A DNA stretch of 63,929 nt, filler included, from Octopus bimaculoides (GCF_001194135.2; 8 parts of 8 records of this genome joined end to end with filler, not necessarily neighbours in it), one strand, 5' to 3'. Shown: positions 37,536 to 51,583, counted from the first letter of the whole stretch. Program-made: numbers and translations. The notes: generated by a model from the sequence alone, not told the origin.

Positions 37536-38715
37536 TGTATGTATGTATGTATGTTCTCTTTCTCTTTTTAATTTAAAGTAAATTTTCACCAACCACATAC
37601 TCTGTAGCAAGGTTGTGGAGGAAAGTATCTTGTATTAACCATCATCTTTTAAATTCTAAGAAAGTCCTGCAGATTTTTTAAAGTCCCAGATATCATGATC
37701 ATTTATAGCATTTGAATTAAGGATTTACATTGTCTCCCCAAGATCCGAAATCCTGCCATACTTTGCTCCAGACGGCTTTCCTTACGCTGGAAGCATAACC
37801 TGTGTGTGTGTGTGTGTACGTACGTACGTGTGCCTGTATGTATCCTATTGATCCAATAATAATGGGTATGAAGCCGAAAGTGTATTTTGAGTGAATTTGC
37901 AAGCTTCTTATCAGTGGCTCATAAATGTTTTCTTTCTCTTGTAAATTTCTAAACACATTCGTGTTCAGAAGGCAGCTGATTTCCACATCAGAATATAACT
38001 TTTCTTTGTGGTGGTCCCACACAACGAAATCTGGCTTGTGTTAATTTTTAAGTTCCACCAATATTCTTTGGATCCGTCGTCTGAAGATGGTCAACTTCAT
38101 TTATAGGTATTTTCTTTTTTATCATCCTGTTCCAGACCGTCCTGGCCACTACGCCATGCCTCATGAGGAGATAATATCTGGAAGACATTCTCACACAGTT
38201 AGTTGTGGTTGATGTCTTCATTCTTGGTCTTGCACTACCTTACATTTGTTGTCTATCAACTTTTTCTGTTTCTTATACTGTAGGTACTTGGCGGGAATCT
38301 CTTGTTCTTGGATTACATGGGTGTATCCTTCAAAGTGGGATGCCATAAATTTGTCGGTACTCCACACCAAGCTTTTGACATGATCAATCCCTTCCAAGGT
38401 TTGTGTTTTACGCGCCAAGTACACGTGTACTATCATCTTAGTGAACTGATTCATTTTCTTTACTGTTGTTCTGATAAATAGATTTTATCAATGCTCTTTG
38501 AGGAGGGATCTGTATCAGCTCTTATTTCATACCTCTCTCTCCTCAAGTTCATTTGCTAGCCTATTTATGTTGTTGATTTCACGGTCACAAACTCGGGCAA
38601 GATAGTTACTGGTCTCTTTTCTCTGTTGCAGATGTTGTTTCAGTGTCACGATACGTGGTTCAATACAGACTTGAGACCATGACCACCTTCCTGGCGTGGG
38701 AAGTATAACCTGTCT
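36720..38715 (-). mobile_element. R4/Dong-like (RLE-encoding) non-LTR retrotransposon remnants, two tandem 3' portions interrupted by microsatellites
   Basis: RLYFPRQEGGHGLKSV; SHFEGY..IQEQEI; EDITHIISSC..YYLRHD (CCHC); DVEISC..QEKENIY..FIPIIIGSIG (RLE domain). Confidence 0.75.
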
Positions 38716-39195
38716 ATGTATAGGTTTATGAGTGTGTGTATGTATGTATGTATGTATGTACGTATGTATGTACGTGCGTATGTATTTTTGTTTGTATGTA
38801 TGTATGGACGTACGTACGTATGTATGCATACATGCATGCACACATGCGCACGCGCAAATGAACTCAGAGAAATAATTCAGAGTGCCAAAGCACATAAATT
38901 TTGTTACCGTAGACAAATAAAGCTATAATGAATACTGTACACAAAACAAGTGTTAGTTATATTGAAATTGTTCTCGTTTCGAGAGACGGGGAACAAATGA
39001 CAAAATGTGGCAAGCATGATCGATCCGAATGTGAAGCAGGAGATAATCTCGCTATTCGAAAAATTCTCTGCAATTGGCATGTCGTTAAGGTTAAACTGTT
39101 GTGTCTGCCCCCCCCCATCCACACACACACTCACACACACACACATGCGCGCACGCGCGCACACACACACACGCACACACACACACACACACCAT

Positions 39196-39418
39196 CTGGC
39201 AGAAACGTTAGCACGCCGGGCGAAATGCTTAGCGGTATTTCGTCTGCCGCTACGTTCTGAGTTCAAATTCCGCCGAGGTCGACTTTGCCTTTCATCCTTT
39301 CGGGGTCGATTAAATAAGTACCAGTTACGCACTGGGGTCGATATAATCGACTTAATCCGTTTGTCTGTCCTTGTTTGTCCGCTCTGTGTGTAGCCCCTTG
39401 TGGGTAGTAAAGAAATAA
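39196..39418 (+). mobile_element. tRNA-derived SINE, CpG-intact
   Basis: TGGCAGAAACG (A-box-like), GAGTTCAAATTCC (B-box), tail GTAAAGAAATAA; same family as the tandem array at 51.6-52.0 kb. Confidence 0.8.
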
Positions 39419-39419
39419 C

Positions 39420-39600
39420 ACCATCTTGTGATGTGTCTGAAATTTCTGTCAGTATTTCGGGTTTTTCGACATTAGGCACCCTCAGCCAGGCGACCCAGCC
39501 GGGGTTGATCAGTCACTTCCCTCCCCAGCTTCTATCTACTTTGCACCATCCTTTGCAGTATACTACCACTTCCGGGGCTCATACCACCTGATCTACCACC
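39420..39600 (-). mobile_element. Hero/R2-group LINE 3' end (tentative)
   Basis: TGATCAACCCCGGCTGGGTCGCCTGGCTGAGGGTGCC...CCCGAAATAC...ACATCAC resembles Hero-type 3' UTRs as recalled; not database-verified. Confidence 0.4.
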
Positions 39601-39619
39601 ACCTTGAGCCAATCTGCGT

Positions 39620-39812
39620 TGACCCCCACAACCAGCCTGGTGGCCTTCCACCCACTGGAAATCTCCGTTGCCTCCACAACCAGCCTGGTGGCCTTCCACC
39701 CACTGGCAATCTCCGTTGACCCCCACAACCAACCTGGTGGCCTTCCACCCACTGGCAATCTCCGTTGACCCCACAACCAACCCGATGACATTCCACCCAC
39801 TGGCAATCTCCG
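39620..39812. repeat. 48-50-bp GC-rich minisatellite, at least 4 units, runs into a gap
   Basis: Unit CCACAACCAGCCTGGTGGCCTTCCACCCACTGGCAATCTCCGTTGACC repeated head-to-tail. Confidence 0.9.
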
Positions 39813-40049
39813 NNNNNNNNNNNNNNNNNNNNNNNNNNNNNNNNNNNNNNNNNNNNTTAATTAATTAANNNNNNNNNNNNNNNNNNNNNNNNNNNNNNNN
39901 NNNNNNNNNNNNAATCTCACACTCACATTAGCATTCATTCACGCCATGACACCACTATATACATAAAAACAAACATAACTCCACTACCCTAATTACAATT
40001 AAGACTCTCGCTCCTAATACACTCAAAATATTACATACTCAAACAAGTA

Positions 40050-40235
40050 TAAATGACAGATACAAAAGGAAGCATTTGCAATTGCGTTGCTAGTTCTACT
40101 GAAGAAATCTTTTTACTTTTGATGTATGCTATTTCTGTTGCGAAAATTGTGTGTACAGCTGTAGCTAAATTTAACATTATTTCTATTAAACATTTTCTGA
40201 TGTTTGTGATTCTCAGGAAAGTGTTTATCTAACAA
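40050..40235 (-). mobile_element. Penelope-type RT-EN linker fragment
   Basis: DKHFPENHKHQKMFNRNNVKFSYSC matches the conserved HFP..H.L.KIFNRN.VK.SYSC linker. Confidence 0.75.
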
Positions 40236-40553
40236 ATAAAAGAAATGTTTTGTGATACGCATACTTGCATTGAGACTGAACGGTGCAGGGAATCAAATGG
40301 CTTAACGTTTTCTTTATATTTATACATGTGTAGAAACTGCTGTTATCTATATCTTTTATCTTTTACCTGTTTCAGTCATTTGACTGCGACCATACTTAGG
40401 CACCGCTTTGAAGGGTTTTAGTCGAACAAATCGACCCCAGTACTTATTCTATCGTCTCTTTTGTCGAACACACCAATACCGGCTGTCAAGCGGTGAGGGG
40501 GACAAACACACACACATACATACATACCTACATACATACATACATACATACAT

Positions 40554-40604
<51 letters not shown>

Positions 40605-40619
40605 CGACGNNNNNNNNNN

Positions 40620-40658
<39 letters not shown>

Positions 40659-41733
40659 CGACGGGTTTCTTTCAGTTTCCGTCTACCAAATCCACTCACA
40701 AGGCTTTGGTCGGCCCGAGGCTATAGTAGAAGACACTTGTCCAAGGTGCCACGCAGTAGGACTGAACCCGGAACCATGCAGTTGAGAAGCAAGCTTCTTA
40801 CCACACGACCACGCTTGCGCCCTGGGAAAGGAAGAGGTTAAGGGCGGTACCCTCTTTGACACCTTTCCGGCAACTCTAAATTAGCTGGTGCTCTCCATCA
40901 CTGTAAAGCACTTCATCTAGAAAAAGACCACACCGATGTAAAACCTATAGGTTGCCGGTCACTGCAGCTGTCTTAGCCTGTTAAGCCATTGTTGTCAGAC
41001 CTCCGAATCTAAAGAGTGGAATCGGCTTGCGCAGATTGATTCTCCCTTTAAAACAACTAAGTACATATAGGAAAAAAAGCTCCACAGCGTCAAGGATTGA
41101 TTTACTTTGTCACTTGAAGGCGTGCTGCTCTTCTTTACGATTTTCAGATTTTTAAAAACCCTCCATTATTTTAATTAGTTCACTTTAAAAACAAGATTTA
41201 CATCTAACTACGTTCTTTTTTTATTCTAAAAATTTGGATTGTAATTATTATTAGAGTTATCTCCCTTGCACGTCGTTTTTTATATTTTATACACCCTAGG
41301 GAAAGGTTTTGTCTTCTATTTATAAAAATAGTCTCTGTTCATCGAATATTTTTTACACACCATATATTACATTACGTAAAAATTCATTGTGTATGTATTT
41401 AGCATTCACAATGATAATTGTGAAATTTTCCTCAGGTAATTTCCTTCAGCCTTGTGGTCACATCAGACAAAAGGTCGCCCTCCTTTTGAGCTAGTAGGAG
41501 TCGTCGTAGTACAACAATGGCTTCTTAGATTTCATTATAATGTTGGTATATAGATGGTGAGATGAATTCCTTCACAAAATACAAAGCATTTATAAGGGTC
41601 TTGAATATGGATTGATAAAAATTCACTACAAGGCCTGAACGAACAAAACTACATAATTCGCGGGTGAAATTGAGTAAGGATGGAGTGGTTCAATTGACTG
41701 TTTCCCAATACTCATACATATACATAATACATA

Positions 41734-41804
<71 letters not shown>

Positions 41805-42354
41805 CTAGAGATTGATAGGGATAATATACACGCATACATATATAAATACATAACTCGATTCTGATTGGGATGACTACATATTTACATCCAGATTATATCA
41901 ACATATATCGTTGGTATGCACACGTATTGCTGATTAATTTATATAAATCTATATATAATGTTTATTTTGATAGTGCTGGCAGCATTTTAGAGACTAATTT
42001 TTCTGTAACGTTCAACAGATTTTTATTAGGTTCAATGACTTACCGTTGCAAATTGTAACGAATCGTTTCAAGATTGATGTTGAATAACTTAGTCATTTAA
42101 CCTAGTATCCCAATGACCTCCATCTAGATATGTGAATTCTTAATGTGACTGTGGGATTTATAAATGTATACATGATTGTGTGAATATATGTATGGTTGTA
42201 TATGTGGTTTTATTTGTCAAATTTCTCGCCAATAGACAAAAAGCCAGTTCCCACCTACAAACAAAGCACTTTCATTAGAATATATATATATATCAAATTG
42301 ATAGTCATTTGATAGTTTTGTATGTATGTATGTGCATGCATGCATGAATGTGTG

Positions 42355-42396
<42 letters not shown>

Positions 42397-42402
42397 TGTA
42401 TA

Positions 42403-42940
42403 AACAACTAGTTTTAAATCTCTGAGTGAGAAATATTTAGTAATCATACTGGATAGTGAAGTTTATTTGCCAACGTAAAGTGGCAGTCCTGCTTAGGACG
42501 ATGTTACTACTGTTTAGCCCCAGGAAAACATCTTTTCCAGCTGGCTACCGACACATCATCTATATCAGTATACTGTGGGTAAGAGAGCTAATGCTCCCTC
42601 TCCAGCCTTAGCGATACCTGCAGAACAATGGTTTCTGGGTTATTTGTTTTCCTCGGTGCAAGACAATCGCTGGATAGAGATGGTAGTGACTCGCCTCGAT
42701 CACAGTATATACTTTTGGTCTGCAGGTATCGCTAAGGCTGGAGGGGGAGCATTAGCTCCCTTGCTCACAGTATACGGACACAGATGATGTGTCGGTAGCC
42801 TGCTGGAAAAGTGGTTTTCCTGGGGTTAAACAGTAGTAACATCGTCCTAAGCAGGACTGCCATTTTACGTTGGCAAATAGACTTTACTATTCAGTGCTGT
42901 TACAACATATTTCTCGCTCAGAGATTTAAAACTAGTTGTT
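42403..42940. mobile_element. 538-bp fold-back element (about 220-bp arms, 94-nt loop)
   Basis: Arm 42403-42624 is the reverse complement of 42719-42940 (AACAACTAGTTTTAAATCTC.../...GAGATTTAAAACTAGTTGTT). Confidence 0.88.
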
Positions 42941-42976
42941 CTTCTCTTTATGAGATCAGTGAATGTGTGTCACTTT

Positions 42977-43233
42977 AAAAGTATATACTGTAAGAGAGGC
43001 AAGTCGCCCCATCTCCAACCAGCGATTGTACTGCACCGAGGAAGAGAAATAACCCAGAAACCATTGGCCTTCAGATATCGCTAAGGCTGGAGGGGGAGCA
43101 TTTTCTCCCTTGTTCATAGTATACGGACACAGATGATGTGTCGGTAGCCAGCTGGAAACGATGTTTTCCTGGGGCTTAACAGTAGTAACATCGTCCTAAG
43201 CAGGACTGCCACTTTACGTTGGCAAATAGACTT

Positions 43234-43235
<2 letters not shown>
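42977..43235. repeat. Partial second copy: inverted loop plus right arm
   Basis: 42977-43065 is the reverse complement of the first copy's loop and is followed by a direct copy of its right arm. Confidence 0.85.
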
Positions 43236-43270
<35 letters not shown>

Positions 43271-44329
43271 ATATAATGTAATATAATGTAATATAAAGCT
43301 GAAGCAAATTAACACCAAATNNNNNNNNNNNNNNNNNNNNNNNNNNNNNNNNNNNNNNNNNNNNNNNNNNNNNNNNNNNNNNNNNNNNNNNNNNNNNNNN
43401 NNNNNNNNNNNNNNNNNNNNNNNNNNNNNNNNNNNNNNNNNNNNNNNNNNNNNNNNNNNNNNNNNNNNNNNNNNNNNNNNNNNNNNNNNNNNNNNNNNNN
43501 NNNNNNNNNNNNNNNNNNNNNNNNNNNNNNNNNNNNNNNNNNNNNNNNNNNNNNNNNNNNNNNNNNNNNNNNNNNNNNNNNNNNNNNNNNNNNNNNNNNN
43601 NNNNNNNNNNNNNNNNNNNNNNNNNNNNNNNNNNNNNNNNNNNNNNNNNNNNNNNNNNNNNNNNNNNNNNNNNNNNNNNNNNNNNNNNNNNNNNNNNNNN
43701 NNNNNNNNNNNNNNNNNNNNNNNNNNNNNNNNNNNNNNNNNNNNNNNNNNNNNNNNNNNNNNNNNNNNNNNNNNNNNNNNNNNNNNNNNNNNNNNNNNNN
43801 NNNNNNNNNNNNNNNNNNNNNNNNNNNNNNNNNNNNNNNNNNNNNNNNNNNNNNNNNNNNNNNNNNNNNNNNNNNNNNNNNNNNNNNNNNNNNNNNNNNN
43901 NNNNNNNNNNNATATATATATTCATACATACATATGTGTGTGTGTGCTTGCGCACGCGCGCACTTTTTGCTTTTAGAGTTCGTGTTGATCAGCCACTTGC
44001 TCGGTAGAAAAGTTTAAGACAAAAATCTTTCTATTTAGAAAGAAAGTGGTCTTGTTCTCCTTACCGCTTTTTGCTCAACCATTCACATTTTTTTGAAATT
44101 TAAAACGTTTAGCAGAATTTTACTGCCCTGCATATCGTAATCATTATTTATAATGTATGAACTATAGAGAGAATCTTTCGTTTTCGTAGAATCCAACAAT
44201 AAGCCATACTTTGATCCAGGCAGGTTGGTACAAATCCTGAAATTTAAATTAAAATGTTGAATTCGGAAAAGTATTTTGGCTACTGGATTTTCAGTCTCTT
44301 CATCAATAGTCTACAGAATTTTTCTTTTT

Positions 44330-45990
44330 TCGTTTTTCTCACCAAATTGATACCATGTGGACAGCTAACCTCAACAACAGGGTATATTTTATTTTGTGGA
44401 ACCAAATAGGAATTTTAGATCGCTTGTATTTTTGTTTGGTGGCGTTCTTTCTGGTTTTGTAAATCCCAGTTTGTTTAAATTGTTGCTGAGATGGTTATAT
44501 ATCGCATTGTCCAAGAATTAGCGGTAGAAATCTAAAGTTATAATCTGGGTGGAGTAACTGTAGATGTCTTATTGATTTCGTATATATGTTTTCTTTTCTA
44601 CTAATTTTTACCATTATCTTAACATTGGCTGGGCAACTGATTTCAATTACTGCGCGTAATTTTTTTTTCACTACCCCACATCATTGTGTCCCGTCTGTTC
44701 AACTTGTATTTTATTGAGGCTCTGACAGTAATAATTAATCAATATTTTTTACGTTACGAGAGTTTATGCTCTCCATATCACTGTAACTTCTTATATTTGT
44801 GTCCTTAGATTTATCCTTTCTACCGATTGCATTGTATAATACTTTGGCAATGACACCATGCTTCATAGGTAAGTAATACCGTATTGACGTTTTTGGATAA
44901 CTACTTCCAAAATATTTGATATCTTCAATGTTAATTCCATTGAGTCTGCATCCATTGTAGCATCTAGATCAGTGGTTCTCAACCATTTTTTGCTTATGGA
45001 TCCCTTTGATTTCTATTTTACTCTCCGAAACTTTCATAGCCATTCAATGTATATTTAAAAAAAAGCCTACTCTAATTGTATAATTAAATATTATTAGGAA
45101 TTGTATAAAAAATAAAAAAAATATTTTGTGTGTTGTAGATGTATTAGCAATATATTGCACATAAATTTCAACAGCAAAATCTTACACGGTCTCCCGGTTG
45201 AGAACTATTGATCTAGATGGATTACCTGAATCTGTATTCCTTTCGTGTATCAAGTATTTTGTTATTTCTTGTTCCAGTATTGCAAAAGCAATCCCTTCGA
45301 GGTGAAAGCTAATGTCCTGGTTGTTGGTGTAAGGCAAACTAATTTGTTATCTATGCTGCCATTTAAAAGCATTTTTGGCAACATAACCATTTACGATCTT
45401 CTGTTGATATGCAGAAAGTCATGCATGGTTTTCGTCTGATCACCTGCTGCGATTCAGTTGTGCAAATTCTTTGGCTGTGTATCCTTTAACCATCAAACAA
45501 AAAATCTTTCCGAAGATTTCCTTTCCAAGTCTCATGATATTTTTTGTCCCACATATTCAGACTTGATTCATGGATACATTTCAACCCTTGGTAATAAGCT
45601 GTTATTGTGGAAGGGTTATGAAGCCATATTCAAAGGAGTTTGAACCGATGTCAAGCCTCTGCGGCTTTGTTTTTGTTTTAAGTAGAGCGTATCACCGTTG
45701 ATGTTGTAATACAAGGTCAATATTTCTTCCTTCCGATTTCTTCTAGCTACACTGTCTCTTGGTTAAACTTCTTTTCTCCATTCCAGATTTTCTCCAGAAT
45801 GGATTTGGATTTATCCGAGAAGGAGCCTATGTTGACATTTGTCGATTGTTTTCTCGTATCTCTGTAAACTACCGATTCTTTTCAATTAATTTTCTTGTTA
45901 ACTATTTATCATTCTGATACACTCTTCTGATATCGAAGGTTTTCACTGACATCTGTTACCTCCTATTTTTCAGTTTCCAAATCTCTTTGT
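44330..45990 (-). mobile_element. Another decayed R4/Dong-like LINE (deleted RT, RLE domain); a related CCHC fragment lies at 46690-46960 (+)
   Basis: AFAILEQEITKYL, VIEISCP-like and FRF.PLILG-like segments; 46.7 kb reads NVTHLIS..HKEYKRRHDKV..HWPLCCKY..WYEH. Confidence 0.65.
44962..45218. mobile_element. hAT (Charlie-type) MITE, 241 bp, with 8-bp TSD
   Basis: TIRs CAGTGGTTCTCAACC / GGTTGAGAACTATTG flanked on both sides by ATCTAGAT. Confidence 0.92.
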
Positions 45991-46226
45991 TACCGAGATA
46001 TTTAGCAATAGTTATTGAAAAGAGTACGCTTGTACGTGTCATACAAACGTATGTCACTGTAAATCCAATGATGTATAGATACCTCTTTAATGAGATGGCT
46101 GTCTAACAAAATGATGCAATAATCATGTCTGCCCATCAATCTGTCTGTCACCCTGCCTGTCTGTCTGTTTGCCTGTCGGCCTGTCTGTCTGCTTTCTGTA
46201 TGTATGCATGTATATATGTATATATG

Positions 46227-46260
<34 letters not shown>

Positions 46261-46563
46261 TGTATGTATGTATGTATGTATGTATGTATGCATGCATGTG
46301 TGTATGTACGTGTGTATATAGGTTCGTACATTACGGTTGTGTATGTAAATTCGTGCCACATATGCAACCATTTTTCTACAAGTCTTTCTTTAGACATTTT
46401 AAAAATTATAATCACACAATGACTTTTCAAAAGCCCATTTAAAATGTGTTTTCTAAGTGTTTAAACCGTCCACCTACACACGAGCTATTGACGAGCTATT
46501 GACGTGGATGACATATCACATGTTACTAGTCGTAATTCTCTTTTTGTAATACTTGAGCCGTGA

Positions 46564-46636
<73 letters not shown>

Positions 46637-48304
46637 ATAATGATGATGTTGGTAGCGATGGTAATGATGATGATGATGATGATGACGATCTTCTGACATC
46701 CAGAAATGCGGACTCCGTGAAAAGAATGTTGAAAATGTAACCCACTTGATAAGTGATGGCGAGAGCCTTACGCATAAAGAATACAAGCGCCGCCATGATA
46801 AAGTTTATTTGTACTTTCATTGGCCTTTATGCTGTAAATACTAATTTGAAGTAACAAAGAATTGGTATGAGCATGTGCTTAGTAAAGCAATGCAGGAGGA
46901 TAGAAAAGTAACAATATCCTGGGATGGTGATTTCCTGACTGGAAGCAGGACATTAATGGAAAGAATAATCATTAAGATTTGATCTTCCCATCAGACGATA
47001 ACGTTTTAACGGAGATATACAAATTATTCAACAATATATGGTGGTTGGGAATAGAAACACCAGAAAACAACAGCAGGGTGAGCCAATCAAGGAGTATCTG
47101 CGCGGTCTCTCAACCTGCTAGGAGTAGCAAACTACTCACCTCCAAATCACATTCGACTGTCTCAACAAAAACAGAATTAAAAAAATTACAATATCATAAA
47201 AAAATGACGAATGGTTATAACTGGAATGCCTTTGATCATAAGTCCTGCTAAACAGAAAGCAATTGTCTTCATGTAAAAATCGCAACAATGACTATGCAAA
47301 TTGTTATACATTGTACATTGTTAAATATTATTTATTTACTATCGTGCTTTATTTACTTGTATTCGCACAAGCAACACACAAGAGCGCGGGCATAATCTGT
47401 GACATTTAAGTCATAAATTCACTTGACGTATGTCCCCAAAACGACAGCACAAGTGATGAATAAAAGCAACGACTTGAACAAGAGAAGCAGCACCAAAACC
47501 ACCACCATTATAACCAGTAACAACAGCTGTTATTACATTTTTCCACCATTGCCCATTCATAATACAATAATAATGTTTTTTTTTCTTCTCTATAAATGGA
47601 GAAGGAAATGCTTAAGTGTTTAGTGCAAGTAGGTGTGTTTAGTAGATGAACGTAGTATAGTTTCCTGCTATAGCACTTCTAAAATTGCTTGAAGTGTTCC
47701 TTTGACCACAAAACAAAAAAAAGTTGGTGCCCGATAGAATATTTACTTCATCGCTAAAAATAATGATGAAGATTGTGAGGAGTTAGGAAGGTGAGAGTTG
47801 GTGGAGTATAATGAGTTGAACATAATTAGTTGAACGTGTTGGAACATCCCAAATGGCTGCGTGGGTTAGAAATTTGCCTCCCAACCACACGGTTTTTGGT
47901 TCAGTCGTACTGCGCGGCATTTTGGGCGAGTGCCTCCCACTAGAGCCCCAGGCTGACCAAAGCTATGTGAGTGGATTTGATTGGCGGAAACTGAATAAAG
48001 CCAGTCATATATATATTTGTATGTATGTGTTTGTCCCTCATCAACGCTAGATAGCCGGTTTTGGTTTGCTTACATCCCCGAAATTTAGAGAGATCGATAG
48101 AATAAGTACAAGTTAAAAAAAACAAAAAAACATAAGTAGTGGGAGCAATTTGTTCCACTAAACCCTTCAAGCTGGTGTCCCAGCATGGCCACAGTCCAAT
48201 GACTGAAACAAGTAAAAGATAAAAGATATATAAAATTAACTTGCAGCAATCAATACTGGACAGCAATGCTCGGGATTTATTTATACATAAAACAAGAAAA
48301 TATA

Positions 48305-48353
48305 TACAGTAATACCTCGCTTTACGAGGCCCCGCTTTACGAGGCCCCGCTTT
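48305..48353 (+). mobile_element. Left end of a Tc1/pogo-type element truncated by a gap
   Basis: TA-CAGTAATACCTCGCTTTACGAGGCCCCGCTTTACGAGGCCCCGCTTT. Confidence 0.55.
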
Positions 48354-48453
48354 NNNNNNNNNNNNNNNNNNNNNNNNNNNNNNNNNNNNNNNNNNNNTTA
48401 ATTAATTAANNNNNNNNNNNNNNNNNNNNNNNNNNNNNNNNNNNNNNNNNNNN

Positions 48454-48513
<60 letters not shown>

Positions 48514-49817
48514 TGCGTTTGTCGCGACACGGATTGATAGCCGGTGTCCGTTTGTTTCCTTTCCCATTACGTAAGCAGTTTGAGGTATAGAATAAGTACC
48601 AGATATAAATGTACATACAGAAACACATATATACTTACACATAAATATATACATATGCATACATACATATGCACACATACATACATGCATGCAAGCATGC
48701 ATACATAATACTTACAGAAAGACATACATACATACACACATACACACATATATACATGTATACATACATACATACACACATACATACATACATACATACA
48801 TACATACATACATACATACATACATACATGTATACATACATATATACATAGAGACGTACGTTCTGCTATTCTAATGCATATTTTTGAAGAGACGATAATG
48901 AAAATACATAACCCAAACAAATAATAAAATATTATATTAAATTTCAAATAATGTAAAAACAAAAACACAAAAAATGCACGGAACAAAGAAAATATTTTAC
49001 GAAAAATTTTATAAAATTTTTCCATTTAACAAATAAAAGGGAAAAACAAAATGGGCGAAAAGAATGAGAATGAAAGTAGATAAACTAAAGAGGTGGTGGC
49101 GGTGGTGGGGAGAATAATAGAGATTGAAATCTAGTATGTTATGATAAATGATTAAAGTTAGATGAATATAATTATATATTCGTACTAATAGATTAATTAT
49201 AGTGTTCTATATTTCTGTAATATTACGAGATAGTATTCATTTATTTGCGGTAGAAAGAACAATTATATCGATTTGTGAGTATTAACAGAGTTAATATACA
49301 TGGTCGATAGTGAATGGAGATATTGAACTGCTCCACAATTACTGTTTGGTTTATAAGATAGTATTAATACAGATGAAAAGAGCACTAATATAGCTGTGTA
49401 TAGCATATTAGGGAAGTTGATATCGACAACCAGGAAGGGAAAAAAAGTTGTAAATTAGAATTGATATTTTGCATGATAGTGTATAGAAATTATGTGTCTT
49501 AGTAAGGTAATCAAATTGTAATAACCAGATACATTATCAATAAATTGATTTATATTTAGAAGCAGTAATGTCGGTGTGGGTTTAAAAGGATGGATTCTAA
49601 TTGTGATTGCATACTGAGCGTATACATGCTTGTGGAAGTGAAAGGACAAGTAAATTTCTGTAAGAATGGCAAATATGATATAGATTGGAATTATTTGCTT
49701 TCAATAGCAAAGGAAAGAGCCATACGTATCGCAGTAATTCCTAAATTGCCTGACTTAGATTTTGGAAATGAATGTGAGGATGAGAATCTTACATAAATGT
49801 TGAGCATATAGTTTACA

Positions 49818-50205
49818 TACGAAGTTGAGTCGAAAAAGTAATGCCATTTTGTTTAGGACAAGTATAATTACCAAACACAGGAACATGTATCATACATCAA
49901 AATGAAGCTGGTCCTCTGTGGATCACATCCCTACTTCTCAACAGAGTCAGTATGTCTCTTAATAGCAATGTTCCACCTTCGAATGAGAGCATGTATCCCT
50001 ACCCCGTAAAATTCTGTTGACTGTTCTTTGAGCCACTACAGTTTTCACTTCCTCATCACTGGACTATCATTGCCACTGGACTATCATCGCCACAGGACTA
50101 TCATCTCTTCGGCCCCATGAAAGAGGGTTTGAGAGGCAAACATTATTCCATTCAGTTTATTCCTGTCCTAAACAAAATGGCATTACGTTTTGACTCACCC
50201 TCGTA
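49818..50205 (+). mobile_element. Internally deleted mariner
   Basis: About 44-bp TIRs with TA ends; retains DYHLFGPMKEGLRGKHY; 17-bp x3 internal duplication. Confidence 0.85.
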
Positions 50206-51583
50206 CAAACGTATGAGTTATATATTTTCGTTTTGCTACTCTAAACTCTCGCCCCTTATTTCCCATCACATCTTAACTCCATCAAATGTTACTTGGAAGA
50301 TCAGTCTCTCTTAGACAGAGCGAGCAGATTCTTAGAACTAAATTATGTATACAACAAAACCACGGTAAGACATATGACTACCTCAAATTAGGAAAACCAA
50401 TTAACGATATTCCGTCAAACTGACGCAGGTATAAATATTAGAAGCACGATATTGAAATGGCGGAAACATGAAATGCAAAAATACTCAGGTGCTTAAGAGG
50501 CTTGCTTTGAAACCAGCTGAGTTCGGATTCGGTACCACTCTGAGGTACCTTGGTCATAAGCTGCTTCTGACAGGAACTTACGGAGGTGGTGCCTGTAGAC
50601 TCTACTCCAGCGACTGTCTAAGGAACAATAGGCAGATAAGATGGATTAGTGAGTGAACAATATTTTCTATTCTTGTAGAATCTTATCTTCCCTTTCATGA
50701 ATACATCTCCGTATAACACACATATATATATATACATACATACATTTAGCAACTAGAATCCATATTTTAAAAACCCAGACGTATATCGTTGCTTCTAAAT
50801 ATAAAACAATTAATCGATAATACACCATGTTATTACAAATTGATTACCTTACTAACACATATATCATTTCTAAAGACGATCATTCTAAACAAAATATCAA
50901 ATTTTGTTGCGGAATTCTTTCAGTATTTTTTCCACCTGATTTTATATTTACTCCCATAATACTTACAAATCAATATTATTACTGTTGTGTTTTCCCTTTT
51001 CCATCGAAATTAATACTATTTTATAACCTTCTAGTGATGTAGAACACCGTAATGTATCTGTTCCTATTGCATATCTATATTAAACTCACCCATAATAACA
51101 GAAATCAATATTATTGTTCTTTCTATCGAAATATTAATATCTTATAACCTTGTACTAGTATACGATCCATTAATGCTTCTTTTATTACATTGTTCAACCG
51201 TTTTTACTTCCTATCATATTCCTTATCGCATTTGATTCCTCTCTGCACCATATTCCATGTCGATTTTTATTTAATTTCTTGCTATTTTCTCCCTTTAAGT
51301 TGTATAATGAGGTATGTTGTAAAATATATTGCATTCTTATAATTTTTAAATATCTCAAAGCGATTTAACATAGGCTTTTGTTTCCGCGAAATACTCGTAA
51401 TCTATCATAAAATAAAAAAAAAATTACGGAAGGCGGAGTATAAACAAATTCCCCTTATAACTGCAACCTGGTACTTACCCATACATACATACATACACAC
51501 ATACATACGTATACGCACGCGTGCACACACATACATAGTGGGAGAGAGAGATAGGCAGAGTCATTTCAATTAACAGAGCATAT

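Noticed and set aside
39620-39812. CRISPR-like array
   Set aside because: The units are contiguous with no unique spacers, there are no cas genes, and the context is eukaryotic.
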